Below are positions 16,597-26,409 of a DNA stretch of 32,000 nucleotides, one piece after another; within the stretch, counting starts at the first letter, position 1; every line of letters starts with the position of its first letter. The notes beneath the pieces were generated by a model. The model was not told the origin of the DNA. It searched no databases and saw only the letters and a list, made by a program, of their open reading frames with translations. Both the position numbers and the translations under genes were made by a program. The stretch comes from Corynebacterium glutamicum ATCC 13032 (GTDB lineage Bacteria > Actinomycetota > Actinomycetes > Mycobacteriales > Mycobacteriaceae). The stretch is from positions 2,790,001 to 2,822,000 of the forward strand of contig NC_003450.3 in NCBI RefSeq assembly GCF_000011325.1, in the 5' to 3' direction.

Positions 16597-17366
16597 TTAA
16601 TATAGAGAGTCTTTTTGTAGCCTTACGCTGAGCTTTTGGCATGCATCAAGCACCACAGAAACCGCCTGATTCACATCAATTTCATCGTTCCTCGCCACTA
16701 CCCCCACTGATGCCCGAACAACCCCTTTTCGATCAAAAACCGGAGCCGCAACCGCCGTATTCTCCGGAATCAGACCACCCACAAATACAAAATGCCCCGT
16801 CGCGCGAATTTCCGGGAGCATCGCAGCTACAGCAGCACCATCCGTAATATCCCCCGAAATGGAATCCTTAAACGGCGAACTCGTCACTGCCTTAATGGTT
16901 TGCGGCGAAGCAAACGCCAACATCACCAACCCCAATGATGTGGTGTGCAAATCCAAACGCCCCGCATGCCTGCCCAAAAGACGCAGCTGACTATCCGTCG
17001 AATCGAAACGCTCCACATACAAAATCGTACGATCCACAAAATCCGGCACCGCCAAACACACGTATTGCCCCAGCTCTTCACGCACATCACTCAAGATGGT
17101 CTGAGCTTGCAGCCTCATGCGCTCCAAAGGATTCGCCCTCACAAACGTCTCCCACGCATGCGTGCCGATGCCATATTTGCCGTCAGAAAAGCGCTCCAGC
17201 AACTTCACCGACGTCAATTCCACGACCAAACGGTGCGCCGTCGAGCTAGGCAAACCACTGCGACGCGCGATTTCCGAGGCCCCAACCTCGCGTTTTCTGC
17301 ATCAAAGCAGTGCAACACCCGCATGGTGCGTTGCAACACCGTTTCCCCCGATGAAGAATTAGCCAT
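16597..17366 (-). pseudogene. IclR-family transcriptional regulator with a frameshift inside the N-terminal HTH region
   Basis: ATG 17366 opens a 50-codon frame (MANSSSGETVLQRTMRVLHCFDAEN...) that then runs out of frame. The HTH continuation GASEIARRSGLPSSTAHRLVVEL and the whole effector domain are in the frame of ORF 16597-17253. One extra A in the A4 run (17293-17296) would join them into about 256 aa. Confidence 0.75.
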
Positions 17367-17383
17367 GCCCAAAGTATAGGGAA

Positions 17384-17412
17384 GCGTCGAAAAGCATTTT
17401 GCTTTTCGACGC
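17384..17412 (-). terminator. Perfect 13-bp stem / 3-nt loop hairpin (GCGTCGAAAAGCA-TTT-TGCTTTTCGACGC) downstream of the rRNA methyltransferase gene
   Basis: Read directly. It lies 12 nt after the stop at 17424 and upstream of the IclR ATG. No clean T-tract follows on either strand. Confidence 0.45.
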
Positions 17413-17423
17413 CAACCTCCGGC

Positions 17424-18365
17424 TTAACCCTTAATGCGACGCTGGCGCGAGAACTCCGACAGCACGACGCCGGCAGCAACCGAAGCGTTCAGCGATTCAA
17501 CCCAGCCCTCGGTGGGTATGGACATGATGGTGTCGCAGTTTTCGCGAACGAGACGGGAAATTCCCTTGCCCTCAGAACCGACGACGATGACAACGTTGTC
17601 GGTGCCGTCGTAGGTGTCCAAAGTGTGGTCGCCGCCAGCGTCAAGGCCGACGACCTGGTAACCGTTTTGCTGGAATTCCTTCACGACACGAGTCATGTTG
17701 GTTTCCTTCGCCACTGGCACACGCGCTGCGGTACCAGCAGAAGTACGCCATGCAACAGCGGTCACAGATGCTGAACGACGCTCCGGAATGATGACACCGT
17801 TGCCGCCGAAAGCACCGACGGAACGAATCACAGCACCCAAGTTACGTGGGTCGGTGATGTTATCCAGAATCACGAACATGCCTGGCTTCTTAGAAGCCGC
17901 AGCATTGGCGATCAGATCATGAACATCTGCGTACTCGTAAGGAGGGATCGCCAGGCCGATGCCCTGGTGCATGCCGTTGCCGGTCATACGATCCAGCTCC
18001 AGCTTGTTAACCTCCAGCACTGGAAGATTTCGGCCAGCCGCAGTGTGCACTGCCTCGCTCAGACGCTCATCGTTCGCCGCACCCTCTGCAACATACAAAG
18101 CAGTCGCTGGAACGCGTGCATGCAGACATTCCAGCACTGGGTTACGGCCCACAACCAACTCTGGCATTTCACGCTGGTGGCGTCCACGATCACGACGATC
18201 ACGCTCCACCTTGCGCTTGTGAGCTGCGTGATAGGTGCGATCCTCAGCTTTAGGGGTAGGCCCCTTACCTTTCAGACCGCGACGAACCTGTCCGCCACTG
18301 CCCTTGGTTGCACCTTTTTTATTGGTCTTGCGTAAGCCGCCTCGACGACTGTCATTTCCTGCCAT
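17424..18365 (-). CDS. rlmB: SpoU/TrmH-family RNA 2'-O-methyltransferase (RlmB-like) with a Lys/Arg-rich N-terminal extension
   Basis: SpoU motifs ([47 protein letters not shown]). The cysS-adjacent position is conserved in actinobacteria. Confidence 0.85.
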   Translation of the reverse strand: MAGNDSRRGGLRKTNKKGATKGSGGQVRRGLKGKGPTPKAEDRTYHAAHKRKVERDRRDRGRHQREMPELVVGRNPVLECLHARVPATALYVAEGAANDERLSEAVHTAAGRNLPVLEVNKLELDRMTGNGMHQGIGLAIPPYEYADVHDLIANAAASKKPGMFVILDNITDPRNLGAVIRSVGAFGGNGVIIPERRSASVTAVAWRTSAGTAARVPVAKETNMTRVVKEFQQNGYQVVGLDAGGDHTLDTYDGTDNVVIVVGSEGKGISRLVRENCDTIMSIPTEGWVESLNASVAAGVVLSEFSRQRRIKG

Positions 18366-18396
18366 GTTTAAATTATCTCCTTAAAAGTGTCTGTAA

Positions 18397-19779
18397 TTAC
18401 TGCAATTTCCATGTAGCGCCATCTGCGGTATCCACAACCTCAATACCAGCATCGGCAAGACGATCTCGAACCTCATCAGCAACCGCCCAATTCTTCTCAG
18501 CACGAGCAGTTGCACGACGCTCAAGCTCCGAAGAAATCAGCACATCAAGCGCCTTATCTGCCTTGCCATCAGCGCCTGCATCTGAACCCCATTCAACGGG
18601 GTCGAAGCCCAAAACGCCAGTCATCGCACGAACCGAGGAAGCAAGCTTCTCCGCTGCCTCACGATCACCCTTATCCAAGGCAGCATTGCCCTCGCGGACA
18701 GCGTTATGGATTTCAGCCAAAGCCTTAGGAACTGCAATATCCTCATCCATCGCAACTTCAAAACCTGGCGTCCACTCGCCTACCTCAACATCCCCCACAC
18801 GCTCAAGGAAAGACTCAATGCGACGGTAACCCACCGCAGCTTCACTCAAAGCGCTCTCGGAATACTCAAGGACGGAACGGTAATGGGCAGACCCAAGGTA
18901 ATAACGAAGCTCGACAGGACGAACCTGCTTTAGCATTTCCGGCACAGCCAAAACATTGCCCAAAGACTTGGACATTTTCTCGCCGGCCATTGTTACCCAG
19001 TGATTGTGCATCCAGTAGTTGGCAAATTTATCGCCAGCCGCATGTGCCTGGGCAATTTCATTTTCATGGTGTGGAAATTGCAGATCCAAACCACCACAGT
19101 GAATATCAAATTGCTCACCCAAATAGTAGGTGGCCATGGCAGAGCATTCCAAATGCCAACCCGGCCGGCCGTCTCCCCAAGGGGTTGGCCATGACGGCTC
19201 ACCCGGTTTGGCAGCCTTCCACAGAGCAAAGTCCTGTGGCCCCCGCTTACCAAAGTTATCGGGCTCGCCCTGCTCCATATCTTCAACACGGTTTCCGGAC
19301 AAAGAACCATAGTCAGATCCTTCAGCCTTGGACCACGCTGCGACATCAAAGTACACAGAGCCATCAACGGCGTAAGCAAAGCCGTTATCAATCAAGCGCT
19401 GCATGTACTTAATCATCTGAGTGACGTGGCCTGTTGCACGAGGCTCCGTTGATGGAGGAAGCACACCCAACGTGTTGTACGTCCAGGTGAATTCACGTTC
19501 ATAGGTGGACACCCATTCCCACCAAGGGCGACCATTTTCAGATGCCTTGGTGAGAATCTTGTCATCGATATCAGTGACATTGCGAACAAATGCCACATCA
19601 AGTCCCTTAGCCATGAGCCAGCGGCGCAAAATATCAAACGCTACTGCTGAACGAACATGTCCAATGTGGGGTGAAGATTGCGGGGTGGCACCACACAGGT
19701 ACACCGAGGCATGACCTGGTTGAACAGGTTTAAAATCTCGAAGCGTACGGGTACCGGTGTCAAAGATGCGTAGAGTCAC
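18397..19779 (-). CDS. cysS: Cysteine--tRNA ligase CysS
   Basis: Class I motifs HIGH (SPHIGHVRS) and KMSKS. The GTG at 19779 gives MTLRIFDTG and 460 aa, which I recall for C. glutamicum CysS. The ORF-track TTG at 19812 is the maximal alternative. Confidence 0.9.
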   Translation of the reverse strand: MTLRIFDTGTRTLRDFKPVQPGHASVYLCGATPQSSPHIGHVRSAVAFDILRRWLMAKGLDVAFVRNVTDIDDKILTKASENGRPWWEWVSTYEREFTWTYNTLGVLPPSTEPRATGHVTQMIKYMQRLIDNGFAYAVDGSVYFDVAAWSKAEGSDYGSLSGNRVEDMEQGEPDNFGKRGPQDFALWKAAKPGEPSWPTPWGDGRPGWHLECSAMATYYLGEQFDIHCGGLDLQFPHHENEIAQAHAAGDKFANYWMHNHWVTMAGEKMSKSLGNVLAVPEMLKQVRPVELRYYLGSAHYRSVLEYSESALSEAAVGYRRIESFLERVGDVEVGEWTPGFEVAMDEDIAVPKALAEIHNAVREGNAALDKGDREAAEKLASSVRAMTGVLGFDPVEWGSDAGADGKADKALDVLISSELERRATARAEKNWAVADEVRDRLADAGIEVVDTADGATWKLQ

Positions 19780-19821
19780 GTCCCCTAGTCTAACCTGTGT
19801 GCGAACACTCAAGGTTTCAAC

Positions 19822-21807
19822 TTATGGTGTTGCTGGCACCGCTTCTTTCTTTGCGACGTTGAGCAGGTTGGCTCCCGCTTCAATTTCGCCCAAACCGTAA
19901 GTGTTTACAGGTCCGGTTTTCTTGTAATTCGAAACAACAATCGGCGTGGTTACCTCATAACCTGCAGCCTTAATGGCATCAATATCGAATTCACACAGCA
20001 GCTCCCCTGCTTTGACTTCATCGCCCTGCTTCTTCAGCGGGTTAAAGTGCGTGCCGTTGAGGTTTACTGTGTCGAAACCAATGTGCATCAAGATATCCAC
20101 ATTGGAACCATCCTCAGCCTTGGTGCGAACTGCGAAAGCATGGCCAGATGGGAATGCCACCACAATCTTTCCACTCACCGGAGAAACTAACTGCCCCTTG
20201 GTTGGGACGATGGCAACGCCCGAGCCAAGCTTTCCGCTGGCAAACATGGCATCGCTGACGCTGCTCAGTGCAATAGCTTCACCGGTCAAAGGTGCCTGGA
20301 TGATGGTGGAATCGTTTGAAAATTCTGCGGGTGCTTCTGCTTCGGCTTTGGTCGTTCCTGCAGGCACTGGAGCAGCGGTTGCATCTGGATCAATGCTGCC
20401 GTTGCGGCGAACCAAGTAAAGGCCATAAGCAATCGCTGCGCCGAATGCGATGAAGAAGGTAACAACTGCACACACCAAGAACATGACCATATCTGGAGCA
20501 TCAATAGAAACAACACCCAAGAAACCTGCAGCGCCCAACGCAACTGCCTTGATATTAAAGAGTGCAATCAAAGCGCCACCGATAGCTGCGGTACCGATAC
20601 CGATGAAGAACGGCCAGCGCAGGCGAAGGTTCACACCGAAGATCGCAGGCTCCGTAATACCAAGAACAGCGGAGACACCTGAAGCACCTGCAAGGCCCTT
20701 GAGCTTTTCACTCTTCGCCAGGAAGAACACTGCCAAACATGCCGCACCCTGGGCGATATTAGCCATAGATGCCGTTGCGAAGATGAAGGATCCACCCTGG
20801 TTAAACAGCTCCAGCTCAATTGGCGGGAAGGACTGGTGCAGACCAGTGATGACGATTGGTGAGTAGACCAGACCGAAGAGCAGACCGCCGACTGGACCAC
20901 CGAAATCATAAAGTCCCTGTAGACCGTGTGCCAGCACATCGCCCACCCAGCGCATTGCTGGGCCAATGGCGATGAATGTAAGGAATCCGGTGAGCAGCAA
21001 CGTCAGCACTGGAGTGATCAGGAAGTCTGCAGTGCCCTTGAGTCGCTTGTGCAGGAACTTCTCGATCGTTGCCAGAATCCAAGAAACCACCAGCACAGGA
21101 AGCACGGTGCCCTGGTAACCGGCTTGGGCAACATCTAAACCAAACAGGGACCACATTGGCATTTCGCCCGCAGCCATGGTGGCGGCCACGTCGTAGCCGT
21201 TCACCAAGCTCGGGAACACCATCGCCATACCAATACCGGCGCCCAGGAACTCATTGCCGCCGAAACGCTTGGTTGCGGTGAAACCAACCAACACTGGCAA
21301 GAACGCGAACGGCGCAGATGCCATGAGGTTGATCATCTCAGCAACACCGCTGATCTGAGGGAACATCTCCACCAGTGATTGCGGACCGAACAGATCCTGC
21401 GCAACCAACACATTGTTGATAGCCATGAGCAGACCGCCACCAACCAAGATTGGAATCAGCGGGACGAAAATGTCCGCCAATACCTTCACAGCACGGCTGA
21501 ACCAGTTGGCGTTGTTAGCCACAACATCTTTGAGCTGCTCTGTGGACACAGCGATGTCTTTGGAGGTTGCGTCATCGAGTTCTTTGAAAACATGATCCAC
21601 ATCGCCTGGCCCGACGATGATCTGGAACATACCACCCGTTTCAAACGTGCCTTTCAGATCTGGATCATCATCCAGACTTTGGCGATCCACATCCTTGGTG
21701 TCTTTGAGCACGAGGCGTAAACGCGTTGCACAGTGTGCGGCGGCGACAATGTTGTCTTCGCCGCCAATGTCGCGCAGGATGCGTTGCGCGAGGTCCTTAT
21801 GGTCCAT
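19822..21807 (-). CDS. ptsS: Sucrose-specific PTS enzyme IIBCA (661 aa)
   Basis: EIIB Cys motif ([10 protein letters not shown]), a large EIIC membrane domain, and a C-terminal EIIA-Glc-type domain (HIGFDTV). The ATG at 21807 is preceded by AAGGAGA; the ORF-track start at 21849 is unlikely. Confidence 0.92.
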   Translation of the reverse strand: MDHKDLAQRILRDIGGEDNIVAAAHCATRLRLVLKDTKDVDRQSLDDDPDLKGTFETGGMFQIIVGPGDVDHVFKELDDATSKDIAVSTEQLKDVVANNANWFSRAVKVLADIFVPLIPILVGGGLLMAINNVLVAQDLFGPQSLVEMFPQISGVAEMINLMASAPFAFLPVLVGFTATKRFGGNEFLGAGIGMAMVFPSLVNGYDVAATMAAGEMPMWSLFGLDVAQAGYQGTVLPVLVVSWILATIEKFLHKRLKGTADFLITPVLTLLLTGFLTFIAIGPAMRWVGDVLAHGLQGLYDFGGPVGGLLFGLVYSPIVITGLHQSFPPIELELFNQGGSFIFATASMANIAQGAACLAVFFLAKSEKLKGLAGASGVSAVLGITEPAIFGVNLRLRWPFFIGIGTAAIGGALIALFNIKAVALGAAGFLGVVSIDAPDMVMFLVCAVVTFFIAFGAAIAYGLYLVRRNGSIDPDATAAPVPAGTTKAEAEAPAEFSNDSTIIQAPLTGEAIALSSVSDAMFASGKLGSGVAIVPTKGQLVSPVSGKIVVAFPSGHAFAVRTKAEDGSNVDILMHIGFDTVNLNGTHFNPLKKQGDEVKAGELLCEFDIDAIKAAGYEVTTPIVVSNYKKTGPVNTYGLGEIEAGANLLNVAKKEAVPATP

Positions 21808-21957
21808 GAATTTCTCCTTAACCGGGAAGAAGCAAAAATATTCAGACATGAATGTTTGTTCAAAAGCTAAACAACATTAAACCTGTTTATTTGTGTCCGA
21901 TCAAGGGATTTTGCGAAGTATTTGTACAATTCGCCACAAAAGACCCTTTTTTATGAC

Positions 21958-23259
21958 TTATCTCTCAATAGTGTCACCTTTGAAAGCCCGGAAAGCGAAT
22001 GAAACCTGTCCATCACCTGCAGTTATCTCAATGGCTGTATTATCGTCCGCGATCACTAATTCGCCAGGTTTTACCTCAGCTACGCGACGATCACCACCAC
22101 GATCCACAGACAAACGGACACCATCCCACTCGAGGGAAATATTGCCTCGGATGTCTACTCGGACAGGTTCAGAACCTAATACAGATCTGATTACCCCTGA
22201 CTCCCCCTCTGGGAGAAGAAGCTCTTGATAGATCGCGTGGTTGCGCAAATGAAGCTTGCGGGGCACAGTCAGGCAGTGCACCCATCCTTCCCGTGCAACT
22301 GTTGGGTGATCATCCTGCGCGGGCAGCCCCATCCAGCCCACGAGCCAGGCATCAGAACCGTTTACTGCAACCTGCGGTGCGTAGAATTCATGGCCGAAAT
22401 CCAGCTCGCTGAATCCTCGCAAGACGCGGAAGGTCGTTCCTTCAAGCTTGCCGACGACATATCCGCACTGGTCAGAGCTTGCGTAGTGAGTAACCTCATC
22501 GTGGATTCGGTCCAATCCTTGTGGACAGAAAATCAGCACGTCGAGATCTTCGCCAGTTTCTTCATCGCGAAGCGTAAAAAGGTTGGGGCATTCCCACATG
22601 TAGCCACCGGGAACGAGATCAGGAGCAGAACCAGGTTGTGCATCACTGAGGTCAAAGGTGATTTCACCGGAGAATTCCCAGTTTTCAAGATCTGTCGAGC
22701 GGTATAGAACCGCTGCACCGGTGAGGTTTTCGCGTTGGGCCCCAAGAACCATTTTCCAACCATCACCATCAGGGCTGATCATGGGATCGCGGTAATGGGG
22801 TGTGAAACCGCTGGCGGGTCCGTCGATAAGCGGATTTTTAGGCGAACGGCGATGAATGCCGCCCATCAGCCCAGTTGGGTCCTCGACTTCGACGAGGTTT
22901 TGGGTGGCGCGGCGCTTGCCGTCAATTTTTAGGTTGCCGGTGTAGAAAAGTTTAAGTGTGCCGTCAGTAAATACGGCTCCACCGGAATAGCATCCATCCA
23001 GGTCATAGGATGCATCCGGGTAAAGAGCGTCGGGCAGGTGCGTCCACTGCAATCGCTGCGGTCCGGTCAACGGCGTGGTGGTGTGAGCCCAGCCGGTGCG
23101 CTTTGGTGCGAAGGGGAAACCTGGATCGTGCTGGTAGTAGACGTGGAGGGTATCGCCATCGACGTACATTCCGTTGGGATCATTGAGCCTGCCCTGCGGA
23201 GGAGTCACATGGTACGCAGGGCGCAAACTGGAAAGTTCTGTGTGCATAGCCCCACACAC
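21958..23259 (-). CDS. scrB: Sucrose-6-phosphate hydrolase (GH32)
   Basis: GH32 motifs: LNDPNG near the N-terminus, RDP, and the EC motif (WECPNL). GTG 23259 follows AAAGGAAAG; ATG 23247 is an alternative start. Confidence 0.9.
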   Translation of the reverse strand: MCGAMHTELSSLRPAYHVTPPQGRLNDPNGMYVDGDTLHVYYQHDPGFPFAPKRTGWAHTTTPLTGPQRLQWTHLPDALYPDASYDLDGCYSGGAVFTDGTLKLFYTGNLKIDGKRRATQNLVEVEDPTGLMGGIHRRSPKNPLIDGPASGFTPHYRDPMISPDGDGWKMVLGAQRENLTGAAVLYRSTDLENWEFSGEITFDLSDAQPGSAPDLVPGGYMWECPNLFTLRDEETGEDLDVLIFCPQGLDRIHDEVTHYASSDQCGYVVGKLEGTTFRVLRGFSELDFGHEFYAPQVAVNGSDAWLVGWMGLPAQDDHPTVAREGWVHCLTVPRKLHLRNHAIYQELLLPEGESGVIRSVLGSEPVRVDIRGNISLEWDGVRLSVDRGGDRRVAEVKPGELVIADDNTAIEITAGDGQVSFAFRAFKGDTIER

Positions 23260-23276
23260 TACTTTCCTTTTTGTTT

Positions 23277-24038
23277 CTAGCGCAGCTTTAATTGCTCCAT
23301 GAGACGGTAGTGATCAGCGTTTTCCAGCTTGGATGCTGCTGCTTCATCAACGATGATGGTGGCATTGTTGTGCATCTGCAGGATGGAACCTGGGCACATG
23401 GCGGTCAGTGGGCCTTCCACAGTTCCGCGGATGGCGTCGGCTTTTCCTTCACCAGTTGCCACCAACACGATGTTTTGCGCGCGGGACAAAGTGCCCAAAC
23501 CCTGGGTGAGGGCGTGGGTTGGGACCTCTTCGATGGTGTTGAAGAATCGAGCGTTGTCCTCCACAGTTTTAGGGTGCAGCGCCTGGACCTTTGTCAGTCC
23601 TGACAGAGAAGATGATGGCTCATTGAAAGCGATGTGGCCGTTTCCGCCGATGCCAAGGATTTGAACATCAACGGATTCTGCAGCGATCTTTGCCTCATAC
23701 TCTGCAGCTGCTTCGTATGGATCAGGGTTTGCACCATCTGGGCTGTAGACCTCTTCATCAACGATGTCGATGTGGTCAGTGAACTCTTTACGAATGGTTT
23801 TGAAGTAGCTGTTTTCATCGTCGCGCGTTAATCCCACGTATTCATCCAACAAGAATGCCTTGCAGTTCTTGAATGACACTTCCCCAGCTTCATACATGCG
23901 AATGAGCTCTTGGTAGGTGCTCAAAGGTGACGATCCAGTTGCAAGCCCCAAGGTTCCGCCCTTAGTTGCGAAGGGTGCGATCAGGGCTGCCGCTGCTTTG
24001 CCGACTTCTTGCTCGTCTTTGCAGATGATGATGTCCAT
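23277..24038 (-). CDS. nagB: Glucosamine-6-phosphate deaminase
   Basis: 253-aa NagB-family sequence (LGLATGSSP, LDEYVGL, GIGGNGHIAFNEP). Confidence 0.92.
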   Translation of the reverse strand: MDIIICKDEQEVGKAAAALIAPFATKGGTLGLATGSSPLSTYQELIRMYEAGEVSFKNCKAFLLDEYVGLTRDDENSYFKTIRKEFTDHIDIVDEEVYSPDGANPDPYEAAAEYEAKIAAESVDVQILGIGGNGHIAFNEPSSSLSGLTKVQALHPKTVEDNARFFNTIEEVPTHALTQGLGTLSRAQNIVLVATGEGKADAIRGTVEGPLTAMCPGSILQMHNNATIIVDEAAASKLENADHYRLMEQLKLR

Positions 24039-24078
24039 GGTCGGACTCCTTTTATTATCAGGAAAGTTTTGCTCGTAT

Positions 24079-25245
24079 TTAAATTACTTGATGGTCTAAA
24101 TGGACCTGTTGTAACTGGCCGTTTGAGTCAAAGACCACAAAATTTACAGGGTTGGATTTAACGATTTCGTGATCGCTAAGTCCGAGAATTTTGGCGGCGA
24201 CGGTTGAGGTGTGGAGGGTCGCGTCGATAAGCGTCATACCCCTGCGCACGTGGTGCACGAACTGACTCGCTAGTGTGCTGGTACCCCCGGCGATGGCGCC
24301 GCCATCGCGCAGACGGGCGACGCCATCGGTGACGGTGACGTTCAAAACGCCCAAAATGTACTCACCGTCTGGCATTCCGGCGGCTTCCATGGCGTCCGTG
24401 ATGAAAAAGGCGTTGTTGGAACGAGCTAGATCGACCGTTCCATCGGCCAAATGCACGCCGTCGGCGATCAACTCAACATATGCGTCCCCGGCACGTGCCG
24501 CAGCAAGCAAAGCGCCCACGCTGCCGGGATCCCTATGATGCAGCGGAGGCATCGCATTGAACAAATGCGTAGCCGTGACCGTCACATTTTTCTCTTTAGC
24601 CAAGGCAATTGCGCTGGTAGTGGTATCAAAATCTGCATCAGTGTGCCCGAAGGAAGCAATGATGTGGTGCGCTGCGCAGAGATCGAGAAGCTCAGTAAGA
24701 TTGTCAGTTTCCGGCGCTACTGTGATCGATTTGATCCAACCTTTTCCCGCATGGATCACCTGGGCAAGATCTGTTGGGTTGCCGGGAAAAATAAAATCCG
24801 GGTTTTGAGCACCACAACGGCATGCGTTGATGAAAGGACCCTCGAGGTGAATGCCGCACAGCAGGCCCTCTTCACACAAGGGAATAAGGTTTTCCACCTG
24901 CGCTGCCAGTGCGTCAGCCGGCGCCGAAACCATGCTTGCCAACATCACGGTCGTGCCATGTTCGCGGTGATACTGCGCGGCATTCCTCGCCTGGTCCTGC
25001 GTTCCCGTAGGAAACGCGCCACCGTTTCCACCGTGATTATGAAGATCAATAAAACTGGGAACAATCGTGGGGAGTTCGGGGTGGAATCCTGCGTTTTTAG
25101 GTGCTGGTTCTCCAGAGAGTTCCGTGATGATGCCGTTTTCGAGTTGGAGAAAGCCATCAATCACCCCGTGGGGGGTAACAATTCTTCCTTCAATTTTTTT
25201 AACTGCTTGACCTGCATTTTCTTGATAATGCACCACTTCTGCCAT
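24079..25245 (-). CDS. nagA: N-acetylglucosamine-6-phosphate deacetylase
   Basis: Amidohydrolase-fold NagA features (DLHNHGGNG, HLEGPF, ATHLFNAM). Lies upstream of nagB. Confidence 0.9.
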   Translation of the reverse strand: MAEVVHYQENAGQAVKKIEGRIVTPHGVIDGFLQLENGIITELSGEPAPKNAGFHPELPTIVPSFIDLHNHGGNGGAFPTGTQDQARNAAQYHREHGTTVMLASMVSAPADALAAQVENLIPLCEEGLLCGIHLEGPFINACRCGAQNPDFIFPGNPTDLAQVIHAGKGWIKSITVAPETDNLTELLDLCAAHHIIASFGHTDADFDTTTSAIALAKEKNVTVTATHLFNAMPPLHHRDPGSVGALLAAARAGDAYVELIADGVHLADGTVDLARSNNAFFITDAMEAAGMPDGEYILGVLNVTVTDGVARLRDGGAIAGGTSTLASQFVHHVRRGMTLIDATLHTSTVAAKILGLSDHEIVKSNPVNFVVFDSNGQLQQVHLDHQVI

Positions 25246-25283
25246 CTTTCTGAGGTTATTTGCTTCCTTCCAGCAAGCATAGG

Positions 25284-25304
25284 ACGTATGATGTCTTATG
25301 TCTA
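25284..25304. promoter_or_regulatory. NanR-type operator ACGTATGATGTCTTATGTCTA in the nagA / nanA divergent intergenic region
   Basis: Shares 18 of 21 positions with the 21-mer at 30458-30478 (ACGTCTGATGTCTGATGTATA). It fits the NanR consensus as I remember it from the C. glutamicum literature. Confidence 0.7.
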
Positions 25305-25458
25305 CGGATTTAGGTTAATTATCTTCGGACTTGAGGCCTGCTGTTGCAGGTCTACTGAATTACCTCAGCCTTCCAAGCTGATGATGCATTACTTAAAAAC
25401 TGCAGACACTTGAAAAACTTCTCACCCGCACTCGTTCCCTCAACCCACAAGGAGCACC

Positions 25459-26397
25459 ATGGCTTCCGCAACTTTCACCGGCGTGATCCCACCCGTAATG
25501 ACCCCACTCCACGCCGACGGCAGTGTGGATGTAGAAAGCCTCCGCAAGCTCGTTGACCACCTCATCAATGGTGGCGTCGACGGACTTTTCGCACTGGGCT
25601 CCTCAGGCGAAGCGGCATTCCTCACCCGCGCCCAGCGCAAACTCGCACTGACCACCATCATCGAGCACACCGCAGGCCGCGTTCCCGTAACTGCTGGTGT
25701 CATTGAAACCACCACTGCTCGCGTGATTGAGCTCGTGGAAGATGCCCTGGAGGCTGGTGCCGAAGGCCTCGTTGCCACTGCACCTTTCTACACCCGCACC
25801 CACGATGTGGAAATTGAAGAACACTTCCGCAAGATCCACGCCGCCGCTCCAGAGCTTCCACTGTTTGCCTACAACATCCCAGTGTCGGTGCACTCCAACC
25901 TCAACCCAGTCATGCTTTTGACGCTGGCCAAGGATGGCGTTCTTGCAGGCACCAAGGATTCCAGTGGCAATGATGGCGCAATCCGCTCACTGATCGAAGC
26001 TCGTGATGATGCTGGACTCACTGAGCAGTTCAAGATCCTCACCGGCAGCGAAACCACCGTTGATTTCGCCTACCTTGCGGGTGCCGATGGAGTTGTCCCA
26101 GGCCTGGGCAATGTTGATCCTGCAGCATACGCAGCTTTAGCAAAACTCTGCCTCGATGGAAAGTGGGCAGAAGCTGCTGCTTTGCAGAAGCGCATCAACC
26201 ACCTCTTCCACATCGTCTTCGTGGGAGACACCTCCCATATGTCCGGATCCAGCGCTGGTTTGGGCGGTTTCAAGACAGCACTCGCACACCTTGGCATTAT
26301 TGAATCCAATGCGATGGCAGTTCCTCACCAGAGCCTCAGCGACGAAGAAACTGCTCGCATTCACGCCATTGTTGATGAATTCCTGTACACCGCTTAA
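25459..26397 (+). CDS. nanA: N-acetylneuraminate lyase (DapA/NAL family, 312 aa)
   Basis: DapA-family sequence (GSSGE, YNIP, active-site Lys context GTKDSSG). Sits in a nanA-nanK-nanE arrangement. AAGGAG SD. Confidence 0.85.
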   Translation: MASATFTGVIPPVMTPLHADGSVDVESLRKLVDHLINGGVDGLFALGSSGEAAFLTRAQRKLALTTIIEHTAGRVPVTAGVIETTTARVIELVEDALEAGAEGLVATAPFYTRTHDVEIEEHFRKIHAAAPELPLFAYNIPVSVHSNLNPVMLLTLAKDGVLAGTKDSSGNDGAIRSLIEARDDAGLTEQFKILTGSETTVDFAYLAGADGVVPGLGNVDPAAYAALAKLCLDGKWAEAAALQKRINHLFHIVFVGDTSHMSGSSAGLGGFKTALAHLGIIESNAMAVPHQSLSDEETARIHAIVDEFLYTA

Positions 26398-26409
26398 GGC
26401 CCACACCTC

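Noticed and set aside
24451-25413. 320-aa plus-strand ORF
   Set aside because: Lies antisense to nagA and runs on into the intergenic region. The product is Cys/Arg-rich and domain-less, while the nagA frame has clear family motifs.
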